In this document: positions 39,390-48,500 of the stretch, piece by piece
Position numbering within the stretch: position 1 is the first letter of the stretch
How the letters are laid out: the number at the start of each line of letters is the position of its first letter
NCBI GenBank assembly: GCA_965205015.1
Contig: OZ242029.1
Coordinates: forward strand, 1,056,001 to 1,120,000
Length of the DNA stretch: 64,000 nucleotides
Reading direction: 5' to 3'
Source of the DNA: Candidatus Poribacteria bacterium
Lineage (GTDB): Bacteria > Poribacteria > WGA-4E > WGA-3G
Translations under genes and position numbers: made by a program
Notes under the pieces: model-generated
Told to the model about the DNA's origin: nothing
The model's database searches: none
The model's input: only the letters and a program-made list of their open reading frames with translations

Positions 39390-39610
39390 ATAGGAATAAT
39401 AGATACAATGCTGGATTGGATGCGCACACCGTTATCTGGTGGATCCATCAGTATAAATAGTTTACCGCTAAATTGGAACGATTCAACCAAGTTTTCCGAC
39501 CGCGTATCCAAGCACTCAATGCTGCTGACTGGGTGGCAGTGGATGGCGCCCCATAATTTCTATAGGTTTTTCAATAATCCAGGTATCTTAAAATCAAGGA
39601 GTCAACTGTT

Positions 39611-40057
39611 ATGATGAGTGTTGAGAAATTGCTGAAGCTTCTAAGACCAATAATCCCACATTTACCCAGGGCTGTCCAAAGATTTATGCCGGGGGTATTA
39701 GCATTTTTGCCATTAGCGTTCGAGATTGCTAACCTGTTATACAAGCATCGTGAAAAAATAAGGGAGATTATTGGGAATCTGGCTGAAAGCGTTTCAACCC
39801 AGTCGAAAAAAGAAACTGATGGGATCGCAGAGGCTATTCCTCGTCTACCCAGAAGAAGGGCTCGATGGTTAACTCGTCGGTTGGCGTATTTACCATTAGC
39901 ACTTGAAATTGCTAAGGCATCAAATCGAAAGAATATGAAGAGATTTCGTAATTTAACGGCACCACTTCCAGGCAATGTTAAAAGGAAAATAGGTAGGATA
40001 TTACAACGGGATAGTCGTCCTTCTCGTTGGAACTTTTCCCGTAGGTTCCGGCGTTGA
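39611..40057 (+). CDS. Hypothetical basic protein with internal duplication
   Basis: AAGGAG RBS; IPHLPR..LAFLPLAFEIA / IPRLPR..LAYLPLALEIA. Confidence 0.55.
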   Translation: MMSVEKLLKLLRPIIPHLPRAVQRFMPGVLAFLPLAFEIANLLYKHREKIREIIGNLAESVSTQSKKETDGIAEAIPRLPRRRARWLTRRLAYLPLALEIAKASNRKNMKRFRNLTAPLPGNVKRKIGRILQRDSRPSRWNFSRRFRR

Positions 40058-40134
40058 GCGGATTAAATATCTGTCAATCCTTCTGGGACTGGACTACTCT
40101 GTGTATTGCTGGCAGTACAACTGGATGAGTTCTA

Positions 40135-41209
40135 ACGCCTTGTGCTAATTAGATTTTTCATGCGAGGACGAGATTTTTCAGTTCCATAAGGGGTCTGCCG
40201 AGTATATGATTGATGAAATACCCGAGTAAACACGCCCTGAACTTATTACTCATTCGGGTCCGGACGCCCCACTGCCCCATCTACGCACCTGGGAGACACA
40301 AAACTGATCCATCAACTGCCCGATTGTGGTCTCCACACGTCGGTGCAACCGCACTTGAAGTTTCCGAAACGTCTCGGGATATTGTCGTTTCTGGTTGCGC
40401 CGAAGCGTCGGGAGTAAACAGGTGTTTTCGGTCGCTAACACCTCCTCTTGGAGGCTTTCAGAGATATATCCTTTGTCGCCTAAAAGGATCGGATAGCGTC
40501 CGCACTTCACGAGCAGAGGCAATACCTTTCGGTCATCTATATTCGCAGAAGCGATTGCAAAATCAACAGGCACGCCATCAACGATGGTGATCAGATGTCC
40601 ATGAAACCCAAAGAACGTTCCGAGACCTTTCGTGGCACAGGGTCCATAAGTCGCAAGACACCCCGAAGCATCTGCCCACCGTAAGTCAGATGTTAAAGTT
40701 TTCACACGTTTGACATCACAAATCGGTATCGGGAAAGAATCAACAATGAACACGTCTGTTTGAGGCAAGCAGGTCCGCAAGGTCTCTCGGACGACTTCAC
40801 TCGCTGCCATGAGATTTCGCCGTCGTCGATTGAAACGAGATCGCTCCAGCAGAGACGGGAAAAGCCCGCGCAGTTGCTCTTTCAACCGTGGATACCCAGC
40901 ATTTTCGCTATCCGCACCGATATATTCAAGCAGGTAGGCGATCGTGAGAATATCAGCATCTGGGCAATCGGGATTCCGTCCGGGTCTGTGGCATTTGGAA
41001 AATGGGCATCATAAACTGTTTTGATGATCTTCTGAACCACACCTGCGACAGTGAGGCGCGTGTGAGGTTGATTTTTCAGTTGCAACGCATAGCGTTCTAA
41101 AGTAGACTGTAACTCCATCCTTATGCCTCCTTTGGAGTCTGTGTTTACCCCATCAGGATTGCATAAGGATGGACTTATTCAAATACCAAAACTAATTAGC
41201 ACAAGTCGT
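40135..41209 (-). mobile_element. IS982-family insertion sequence with a disrupted transposase
   Basis: TIRs ACGCCTTGTGCTAATTAGATTT (40135) and ACGACTTGTGCTAATTAGTTTT (41209, reverse), 1075 bp; transposase pieces ERSRFNRRRRNL, IVDSFPIP, LLGDKGY, RRVETTIGQL split over 40882-41118 and 40250-40885. Confidence 0.88.
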
Positions 41210-41227
41210 AATGAGAACGAAATTAAG

Positions 41228-44200
41228 ATGTCAAAATTTTTAGAAGGACTGAATCCATCACAACGAGAAGCTGTTACACATACAATAGGTCCCCTCTTAA
41301 TTATCGCCGGCCCTGGCTCAGGTAAAACGCGAACGGTTGTTCATTCTATCGCTTATGCTATAGAAAACGGTGTGATGCCTGAACAGATTTTGGCATTTAG
41401 TTTCACTGTGAAAGCGAGTGAAGAGTTGCGAGATCGGGTGAAAGAGAATGTAGGAGAGGAAAAAGGATCTCTCGTTAACATATCTACATTCCATAGTTTC
41501 TGCCGACAGGTTTTGAGAGAAGATATTGATAAACTTGGTAGAGGCTACGCACGGAATTTTAGAGCATTAGAGGAAAATAATCAGAGAAAAATTGTTAAAA
41601 ATTTAGCGCGCATTAATGAACAGCGGGTCCGCGCCGAGATTGAACATATACAATCTTATAAATTTCCTAACCCTGAAGAGGTTCTTAATTTTATTAAAAA
41701 GTGCAAAGCGAGAGAAATCAGTCCATCTGATGCTGGACCTCACGCCCACGAGTTCCACAGGTCAGAGGACTATATAAAGATTTATGAAAGTTATGAGCAA
41801 TTTCTTAAAACTAAGGGGTGGATTGATTACGAAAACCAGCAGCTTTTTACCGAGGAACTTTTTAGAAGTGTCCCTGAAGTTAAAACCAAATGGCAAAATA
41901 GGTTTGCGCTTATTTTCGTTGATGAATACCAAGACACCGATCCTATTCAATATCGGATTGTAAAAGCTCTGGCAGAATCTCATCAGAATTTGCGTGTTGT
42001 TGGGGATGATGACCAGGGAATTTACGGTTGGCGGGGAGCTGATATCCAGAACATATTAAACTTTGAGAAAAACTATCCAAACGCCAAGGTAATTTCGCTC
42101 GGGCAAAATTATCGTTCAACACAAAAGATAGTTGAGATATCTCATGCTTTGGCAGAATTTAATCCAGATCGGCGAGATAAGGACCTGTTCACGCGGAACT
42201 TTGAAGGCGAGAAAGTAAAATATCTCCACTGTGACAATGATGAGGAAGAGGCTGCTACTATCGCCTCTTTTATCCAGCGGTCTATTGATCAAGGCAATTG
42301 GCGGCCAAGCGATTTTGCAGTGCTGTACCGTACGAATAAACAAGCATACGCTTTGAAAACAGCACTTAGTGATTTAGATATCTCCATCATGACAATTCAT
42401 AAATCTAAAGGGTTAGAATTTCCGAATGTATTTGTTACAGGAATATGCCGAGACTTGTTACCACATTATCACAATCGCGACGAAAAGAACTGGGGTGAGG
42501 AATTGCGGCTCCTTTACGTCGCAATGACTCGCGCGAAAAATTGGTTATGTCTATCTTCCTATGAAGAAGAAGGGAAATTCCAGCATAAGCGTGGACGGTC
42601 TCCTTTTTTGGAACGTGGTTATATTCCTTCCCGTCTCCTTGAATCTGTAGAGACACTTGAAAGCGTGATGATTCCTCCGAGTCCTCCCGAAATGACTGTT
42701 CCGGTAACTACCAGAGAAACAGCAGAATATATTGAACCTCTCCCTGAGAAACTACTTGGGGATGGTATGACTGTCCTGGGGATAGATCCTGGTATCCAAA
42801 ATGTGGGTTGGTCAATCACTAAAAAATCACCAGTTGGCTACACTGTTCTTAGATCTGGCACCCAGATTACCACTGGATGGCAAAATACCCTTGTACAAAC
42901 AGAACGCACAATCAATAAACTGATAACTTTATATCATCCCGATGCAATTGCAGTTGAAAAACTTGAGGGGGCTACAGAGGAGTGGTTCCGTTACGTCGCA
43001 GGATGTGTAGCCACCATAAGAAATATTTCCGATCAACACAAAATTGAATGCCAACTCTATACGCCGCAGCATGTTAAATACATCGCTACGAACAACAGAA
43101 ACGCATGTAAGTTGGATGTCCAGAAGGGGGTCATGCGAATATGTAACCTCCAGCAAATTCCAGAACCGCACCATTCTGCGGATGCAATTGCGACAAGCCT
43201 CTGTTACCTCAGGAATTACCTGAACTCTTCCCGTTTTGAAGGCAACAAACGAAAACAGGAACACTATGAGGTGGGTTGTGGTTACTTGGATAAGAAGCAC
43301 TATGAAGCAGCGATTGATACATTCAAGGAGACAATAAACATAGATCCTGTTTATACGCAGGCATACTATGGATTGGGGCGAGCGTACCTTGCACAAAATG
43401 ATTTGGATGGAGCGGAAACTTCAGCTGCAACAGCCCTAAGGCTTGCGGAAAATAATCATCCTGATTCGCAAAAACTTTTGGACGCTATAGAACGGTACCA
43501 CTCTGGTTGCAATTTCTTGAACAATAGCGAATGGAACATGGCGATTGATAAATTCCAAGAATCTATAAACTTAGGACCCACTTTTACTGAAGCACACTGT
43601 GGACTTAGTAGGGCATACTTGGAGGTAGGTAATCTTGAAGCAGCCAAAAACGCAACCGAAGAAGCCTTAAGACTCAGAGATGATTATCTACCTGCTCGGG
43701 AACTTTTGAATGATGTAAAAATGAGATCCTACTACAAAGGCAGAACTTACTTTCACAGTGAGGAATACAATCAAGCAATTCCTGAATTTCAAAGGGCAGT
43801 GAAAATTGGACCAGACTTTAAAGAGGCACATCGCTATCTTGGTGAGGTTTACCTTAAACTAGGAGATCTTGAAACCGCAGAAAAAGAAGCAAGAGAGGCT
43901 TTGAGAGTTGACGCTACCTATGAACGCGCCAGTGTACTGTTAAGAGAAATAAAGCAAAAACATAAAGAGCACGGCGATGACTATAGGAAGAAAAAAATGT
44001 TCACCCAAGCACTAAAATCCTACCAACAAGCACTACGTATTGACAATAAATACAAAGAAGCCTATCACAATCTCGGCATCCTTTATCGAAGGATGAAAAA
44101 ATACGACAAAGCAATAGAGGCTTACCAGAAGGCAATAGACATCGATGAAAGATCTCACGTAACCTATAGCGATTTCAGTTTCGTTTACCGCGAAATTGGT

Positions 44201-45199
44201 GAGCCCGCGAAGGCAGTGGACTTACTAAAGCGTGCAATCGCAACCAAACCAGATTACCAAAGGGCATACTACAACCTTGCTGAAACTTACTTTGAAATGA
44301 AAAATTTACAAGCCGCAAGTGAAACACTTCTTGAGTCTTTAAGGCTTGATGCCGACGACCAAGACACTCTTAAACTACTAAAGAATATACAGAATGTCTA
44401 TTTAAAACAAGGACGCAATTACTTTAGACAGAATAACCTTGAGGCAGCAGAAATTTCTGTGAAGGCAGCCTTAAGGCTTGGTTCTGACTATCAACGCGTG
44501 CGTAGACTTTGGAATGATATAAAATCAGGTTACTACAAACAAGGTCTCGCTTGCATAGAAAACGGCATGTATGCTGCAGCCATAGGCCTTCTCCAGAAAG
44601 CAGTAAAAATGGATCCGAGGTTTAAAGAAGCACACTACTCACTTAGTGAAACTTACTTTAAGATGGGAGATTTTGAAACTGCCGAAGAAAAAGTAAGACA
44701 GACATTATGGATTGATCCAAACTATGAACTGGCATCCTGCCTTTTGATATCTATAAAAGAAGAATATTACAAGCGTGGTTTGACATCCCTTGAACAGAAT
44801 GAATGGAAGGCAGCAGAAAAATTCGCGAAAGAAATATTGAGAATTGATCCAAACTATGAACCAGCATATAGACTCTTAAAGCAAGCGTGTTACGAACTGG
44901 GCCTCGCCCATTTACAAAAGGGAGCACATTCCAAAGCTATAAGTCCACTTCGGAAAGCAAAGGATATTGATCCAAATTGTGAAAGAACGCGCTACTCCCT
45001 TGGATTTGCCTACTTCAAATTGGACAGGTTAGAAGAGGCAAAACTGGAGATCAAAGGCGCATTATCCATTCAACCCAATTATTCTAAAGCCCGTGAACTT
45101 CTGTCAGAGATAAATGATCCCCGTAATTGGTTGAAATTAGGCAGGGCGAAGGTGCAACGATGGACGCGTCGGATAATAAACCATATCGGGTTCAGTTAA
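41228..45199 (+). CDS. UvrD/PcrA-like helicase - RuvC nuclease - TPR array fusion
   Basis: LNPSQ, AGPGSGKT, VDEYQD, VGDDDQGIYGWRGA, QNYRS, TIHKSKGLEF, LYVAMTRA; RuvC VLGIDPG/AIAVE/YTPQHVK/HSADAIA; many TPRs. The ORF-track start at 41123 lies inside IS982. Confidence 0.9.
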   Translation: MSKFLEGLNPSQREAVTHTIGPLLIIAGPGSGKTRTVVHSIAYAIENGVMPEQILAFSFTVKASEELRDRVKENVGEEKGSLVNISTFHSFCRQVLREDIDKLGRGYARNFRALEENNQRKIVKNLARINEQRVRAEIEHIQSYKFPNPEEVLNFIKKCKAREISPSDAGPHAHEFHRSEDYIKIYESYEQFLKTKGWIDYENQQLFTEELFRSVPEVKTKWQNRFALIFVDEYQDTDPIQYRIVKALAESHQNLRVVGDDDQGIYGWRGADIQNILNFEKNYPNAKVISLGQNYRSTQKIVEISHALAEFNPDRRDKDLFTRNFEGEKVKYLHCDNDEEEAATIASFIQRSIDQGNWRPSDFAVLYRTNKQAYALKTALSDLDISIMTIHKSKGLEFPNVFVTGICRDLLPHYHNRDEKNWGEELRLLYVAMTRAKNWLCLSSYEEEGKFQHKRGRSPFLERGYIPSRLLESVETLESVMIPPSPPEMTVPVTTRETAEYIEPLPEKLLGDGMTVLGIDPGIQNVGWSITKKSPVGYTVLRSGTQITTGWQNTLVQTERTINKLITLYHPDAIAVEKLEGATEEWFRYVAGCVATIRNISDQHKIECQLYTPQHVKYIATNNRNACKLDVQKGVMRICNLQQIPEPHHSADAIATSLCYLRNYLNSSRFEGNKRKQEHYEVGCGYLDKKHYEAAIDTFKETINIDPVYTQAYYGLGRAYLAQNDLDGAETSAATALRLAENNHPDSQKLLDAIERYHSGCNFLNNSEWNMAIDKFQESINLGPTFTEAHCGLSRAYLEVGNLEAAKNATEEALRLRDDYLPARELLNDVKMRSYYKGRTYFHSEEYNQAIPEFQRAVKIGPDFKEAHRYLGEVYLKLGDLETAEKEAREALRVDATYERASVLLREIKQKHKEHGDDYRKKKMFTQALKSYQQALRIDNKYKEAYHNLGILYRRMKKYDKAIEAYQKAIDIDERSHVTYSDFSFVYREIGEPAKAVDLLKRAIATKPDYQRAYYNLAETYFEMKNLQAASETLLESLRLDADDQDTLKLLKNIQNVYLKQGRNYFRQNNLEAAEISVKAALRLGSDYQRVRRLWNDIKSGYYKQGLACIENGMYAAAIGLLQKAVKMDPRFKEAHYSLSETYFKMGDFETAEEKVRQTLWIDPNYELASCLLISIKEEYYKRGLTSLEQNEWKAAEKFAKEILRIDPNYEPAYRLLKQACYELGLAHLQKGAHSKAISPLRKAKDIDPNCERTRYSLGFAYFKLDRLEEAKLEIKGALSIQPNYSKARELLSEINDPRNWLKLGRAKVQRWTRRIINHIGFS

Positions 45200-45425
45200 T
45201 CCTTTGGAACTTGCGAATCAACTTCCCCGCACGCTGATTCAGCAGACAGCAGCAGTTTCTCACAATTGGGATGCTAATTCGCAATCCAACCATAAAGGAA
45301 TAGTTGTGCATAAAAGTCCGTTTAGGTATTTTCATGATGAGGCAGAATTGTTTGACTACGTAAGAGATCATACCTCTACTATTTTTGGTGAGGAAAATGA
45401 CCACAGGGGCGTGATTTTGAAGGGG

Positions 45426-45490
45426 TGTACTGCCTACGGTTTTTTAGACCACTCCCTAAAACAAGATTGTGCTACAATACAATCTCACTG
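45426..45490 (+). mobile_element. Isolated IS3-family left end
   Basis: TGTACTGCC..TTAGACCACTC..AAGATTGTG.TA.AAT..CTCA.TG closely matches 59418-59482, which precedes an IS3 orfA fragment. Confidence 0.65.
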
Positions 45491-46214
45491 GTGCGTTTCA
45501 ACGAATAATGATGGAATGTAAGTTCAATTCTTACTCGGTAAACCCAACATCCGTATATCTCACTCTAATGGCGTTGCTGGAAACGCTAACGTGGGAATCA
45601 AGAGGAAATGGCGCACTCCCAAGAACATAGGCAAAACTAAAGAGAGCAATCCCTTTAGTGTTCGGAATTGGAGCGTCCGACAGAACTCACATGGGTAAGC
45701 GAAAGTCGAATGCCTGAAAAATCCCGTCATGTCGAATACAATAGTCTTGAGCGGAAACGCAACAGTTGTAGTGCTATAAGGTGTAGCCACAAGTTACTAC
45801 ATCAATTGTGGAAATGCGGAGCATTCCCCCACAAACTGGAATAAATAGCACAAGGCACAATCTGTGTCCATCGGGACATAGGGTAACCCTAAATGAGTTG
45901 CGAAGTCTCTATACAGGAAGTTAGACAGAACCTAAACGGACTCAAGTAGTCCGATAGGTTGAGGAGATTAGGTAGTCTCGTGTGAGACGAGCATAATCAG
46001 GTTTACTGCTTTGAAATACTTACAGACCTCGTATCTCAATGGAGAAAATCACGCTTGCGTGTCTCCTTTGGATGTCATAAGTAAAGAAAAGTGGTCTATA
46101 TGACCTAACGTGTATAACACCACAGTAAACTGGAAGGTTTCATGTGCGGTGAAAGTCGCACGCACGGTTTGGAAGGGGAACCGTAGAGGGGCGACCCTCT
46201 ACGGCTACCTTAAC
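45491..46214 (+). ncRNA. ORF-less group II intron (probably degenerate)
   Basis: 5' GTGCG; domain V-like TGTGCGGTGAAAGTCGCACGCACGGTTT (~46137-46170); domain VI hairpin CCGTAGAGGG-gcga-CCCTCTACGG then CTACCTTAAC 3' end; no RT ORF. Confidence 0.8.
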
Positions 46215-46304
46215 TTTGCTAATTTTGTGTCCAAATTAATATTGGCACTTCAGTTGCGTGGATATGCAAACGGAGACTCAGGTCTCAGAAATTCCAATCA
46301 TAAA

Positions 46305-46919
46305 ATGAATAACCAACTTTTTCCAGAAGATCGATATGAAATAGAAGATATTCCAATACGAGACGGAATGTTATGTCTCTACCCATACCTTTTCTCGCCG
46401 GAAGAACGAGAAACCTTTTTTGCCCAACTCAGAGATCAGGTGGATTGGCAGCAAGAGGAAATCAAATTGTATGGCAGATCCATTCCGTTACCTCGTTTAA
46501 CCGCATGGTTTGGCGATGAAGGGAAAACCTATATGTATTCAGGCATAAACGTTGTGCCTGAACCGTGGACTCCAACTTTGTTAAAAATCAAAGACAGAAT
46601 AGAGGAGGTTTCAGAAATAACATTCAACAGCGTCTTACTTAACTACTACCGAAATGAACGTGACAGTGTGTCTTGGCACAGCGATGACGAACCCGAACTG
46701 GGCAAAAACCCGACGATTGGCTCGGTAAGTTTCGGGGATGTCAGGACCTTTCAACTCAAACACAAAACGGACACATCGCTAAAGATCAGCAGAGACCTGC
46801 CGGATGGCAGTTATCTCCAAATGGCTGGGAGTACCCAACACCATTGGCTACACCAGATACCAAAGCGGACCCGAAAAATAGGTTCGAGGATCAATTTAAC
46901 GTTCAGAGTCATATTATAG
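46305..46919 (+). CDS. AlkB-family 2OG-Fe(II) dioxygenase (ALKBH2/3-like)
   Basis: PRLTAWFGD, FNSVLLNYYRN, WHSDDE, W.HQIPK, RINLTFR. Confidence 0.92.
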   Translation: MNNQLFPEDRYEIEDIPIRDGMLCLYPYLFSPEERETFFAQLRDQVDWQQEEIKLYGRSIPLPRLTAWFGDEGKTYMYSGINVVPEPWTPTLLKIKDRIEEVSEITFNSVLLNYYRNERDSVSWHSDDEPELGKNPTIGSVSFGDVRTFQLKHKTDTSLKISRDLPDGSYLQMAGSTQHHWLHQIPKRTRKIGSRINLTFRVIL

Positions 46920-46951
46920 ACGCGCGGATGTTCCTTAAGGAAATCTAAAGT

Positions 46952-48388
46952 ATGATAGACCCAATTGTGATTGTCTATAGCAGCATTGTCGCTCTTATTA
47001 TCGGAGGACTTATAGGTGGGTTTCTCTATAAATCCATGTCTCGTCAACAGGACATAATATATACTACCCTTGAATTAGAAGAAGAACGCCACCGTCGCAA
47101 GGAACTTGAAAGTGCTTTATTGCAGGCCCGGCAGGAAGTCGCACAGCTCTCTCGCGAAAACAAACACATTTCCGGCACATTGACGCAAACCTCGCAACGA
47201 AACGAGCAATTCTCTAATACGTTGACACAAGAGAACCACGCCATTGCTTTAGAAAAAGAACGCGAGAATCGCGATAAAGTGGAAAACGCCCTACAGCAGA
47301 CACAGCAAGAAATCAAAAAAGAACGCGAGAACCGCGAGAGACTGGAACGTGCCGTTCGCCAGACACAACAGAAAGTAGAACAGCTCTCTCGCGAAAAAGA
47401 ACAACTCTTCGGTGCATTGACACAAGAGAGCCGGTATCGCGAGACCGTTGAAAGAAAATTGGCATTTTCCGGTACCTCTGGCTATCCTATCCTTCTCAAC
47501 GAGTTGTATGCCGCAAAACATCTAAAAACCGACATCCAAAAACGCGACTATCTTCAAGAGTTGCAAGGGGCTGCCGGGGCGTTATGGCATGAGTATCAAG
47601 GCACAGATATTTCGCCAGACTACTCAAGAATGGACTATCAAGAAGCATATCTGCTCTGCTACTTTTTGCCATATTCTCAACCTGTCCCTTACCTGCTCAA
47701 CCAGTTGGTTCTCAGGAAAGAGTTCCCCTATCAACTTCCCGAAACAGGCGTATTAACTGCCACCTTCTTTGGATGCGGGCCGGGGCCAGAGCTACTGGGT
47801 CTCATGCGTTATCTGCGATCCTTTCAAGCGTCCCTGTGTATTTCCGCTGCCTTGTTGGACAGGGAGACTTGGGCACATAGCAGACGTATTGTGTTTCAGC
47901 ATTTATTAGATCGCGCGTGGGATCCAGAGAACTACGATATCCAGGAATTCAAGACAGACATCGCAGGAAGCTCAGAAGTTTTTTTACCTGCCGATTCAGA
48001 AGAATGGGTAAAAAGGTCGGAGTTAATCGTCATTCAAAACTGCCTTAATGAAAGACGGAATGCCACGTCCGAACGGTCAATAGAGAACCTGAAGTGCCTT
48101 GTAGAGAAAATGAAAACTGGAGCGGTGATGCTAATCATTGAGCGTGGTACGTATGTTAGAAAATTACTGGGCGAATTCCGCTACATATTGCAAGAAGAAT
48201 TCAGGGGTCGCATACACGTTAGCAGCAAAATAGAGGGTGTTGAAAAAATTACACCAATCCTTGAGGTGATTCCTGAAGAACTGGAAGTTAATTTCTTGAG
48301 GGAATTGCAGGCCAACGCCATCAACTCCGTGGAATTTACGTGGATCGCCATCTCCAAGATGCCGTCAGGAACTGAGTCCCCTGTCTAA
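46952..48388 (+). CDS. N-terminal TM + repeated coiled coil + SAM-dependent methyltransferase-like domain
   Basis: TM IVYSSIVALIIGGLIGGFL; ER..R..LE.A..Q.QQ repeats; AYLLCYFLP, FFGCGPGPELLG, IQNCLNE, LIIER. Confidence 0.7.
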   Translation: MIDPIVIVYSSIVALIIGGLIGGFLYKSMSRQQDIIYTTLELEEERHRRKELESALLQARQEVAQLSRENKHISGTLTQTSQRNEQFSNTLTQENHAIALEKERENRDKVENALQQTQQEIKKERENRERLERAVRQTQQKVEQLSREKEQLFGALTQESRYRETVERKLAFSGTSGYPILLNELYAAKHLKTDIQKRDYLQELQGAAGALWHEYQGTDISPDYSRMDYQEAYLLCYFLPYSQPVPYLLNQLVLRKEFPYQLPETGVLTATFFGCGPGPELLGLMRYLRSFQASLCISAALLDRETWAHSRRIVFQHLLDRAWDPENYDIQEFKTDIAGSSEVFLPADSEEWVKRSELIVIQNCLNERRNATSERSIENLKCLVEKMKTGAVMLIIERGTYVRKLLGEFRYILQEEFRGRIHVSSKIEGVEKITPILEVIPEELEVNFLRELQANAINSVEFTWIAISKMPSGTESPV

Positions 48389-48500
48389 ATCAAGAGTGCG
48401 ATATAATACGCAGTATTTGGGGAGAGGACCTCTGTTGAATTTAAACAATATTACTTGTCTGAACTTTACCGATGTTGACGATACAAACGAAAAAGGAAAT

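Noticed and set aside
41123-41227. N-terminal extension of the UvrD fusion given in the ORF track
   Set aside because: It lies within the IS982 end; UvrD homology begins at ATG 41228.
42760-43220. RuvC domain as a Cas9/Cas12/TnpB/IscB-type RNA-guided nuclease
   Set aside because: The domain is contiguous and resolvase-like (GIDPG..AVE..YTP..VK..ADA), with no split RuvC, bridge helix, Zn finger or array.
45204-45521. ORF possibly encoding a NucS-like nuclease N-terminus (FHDEAELFDYV)
   Set aside because: Too short, interrupted by the IS3-like end, and the similarity is too weak to call.
46110-46304. N-terminal extension of AlkB
   Set aside because: It is a translation of intron domains V/VI; the likely start is 46305.
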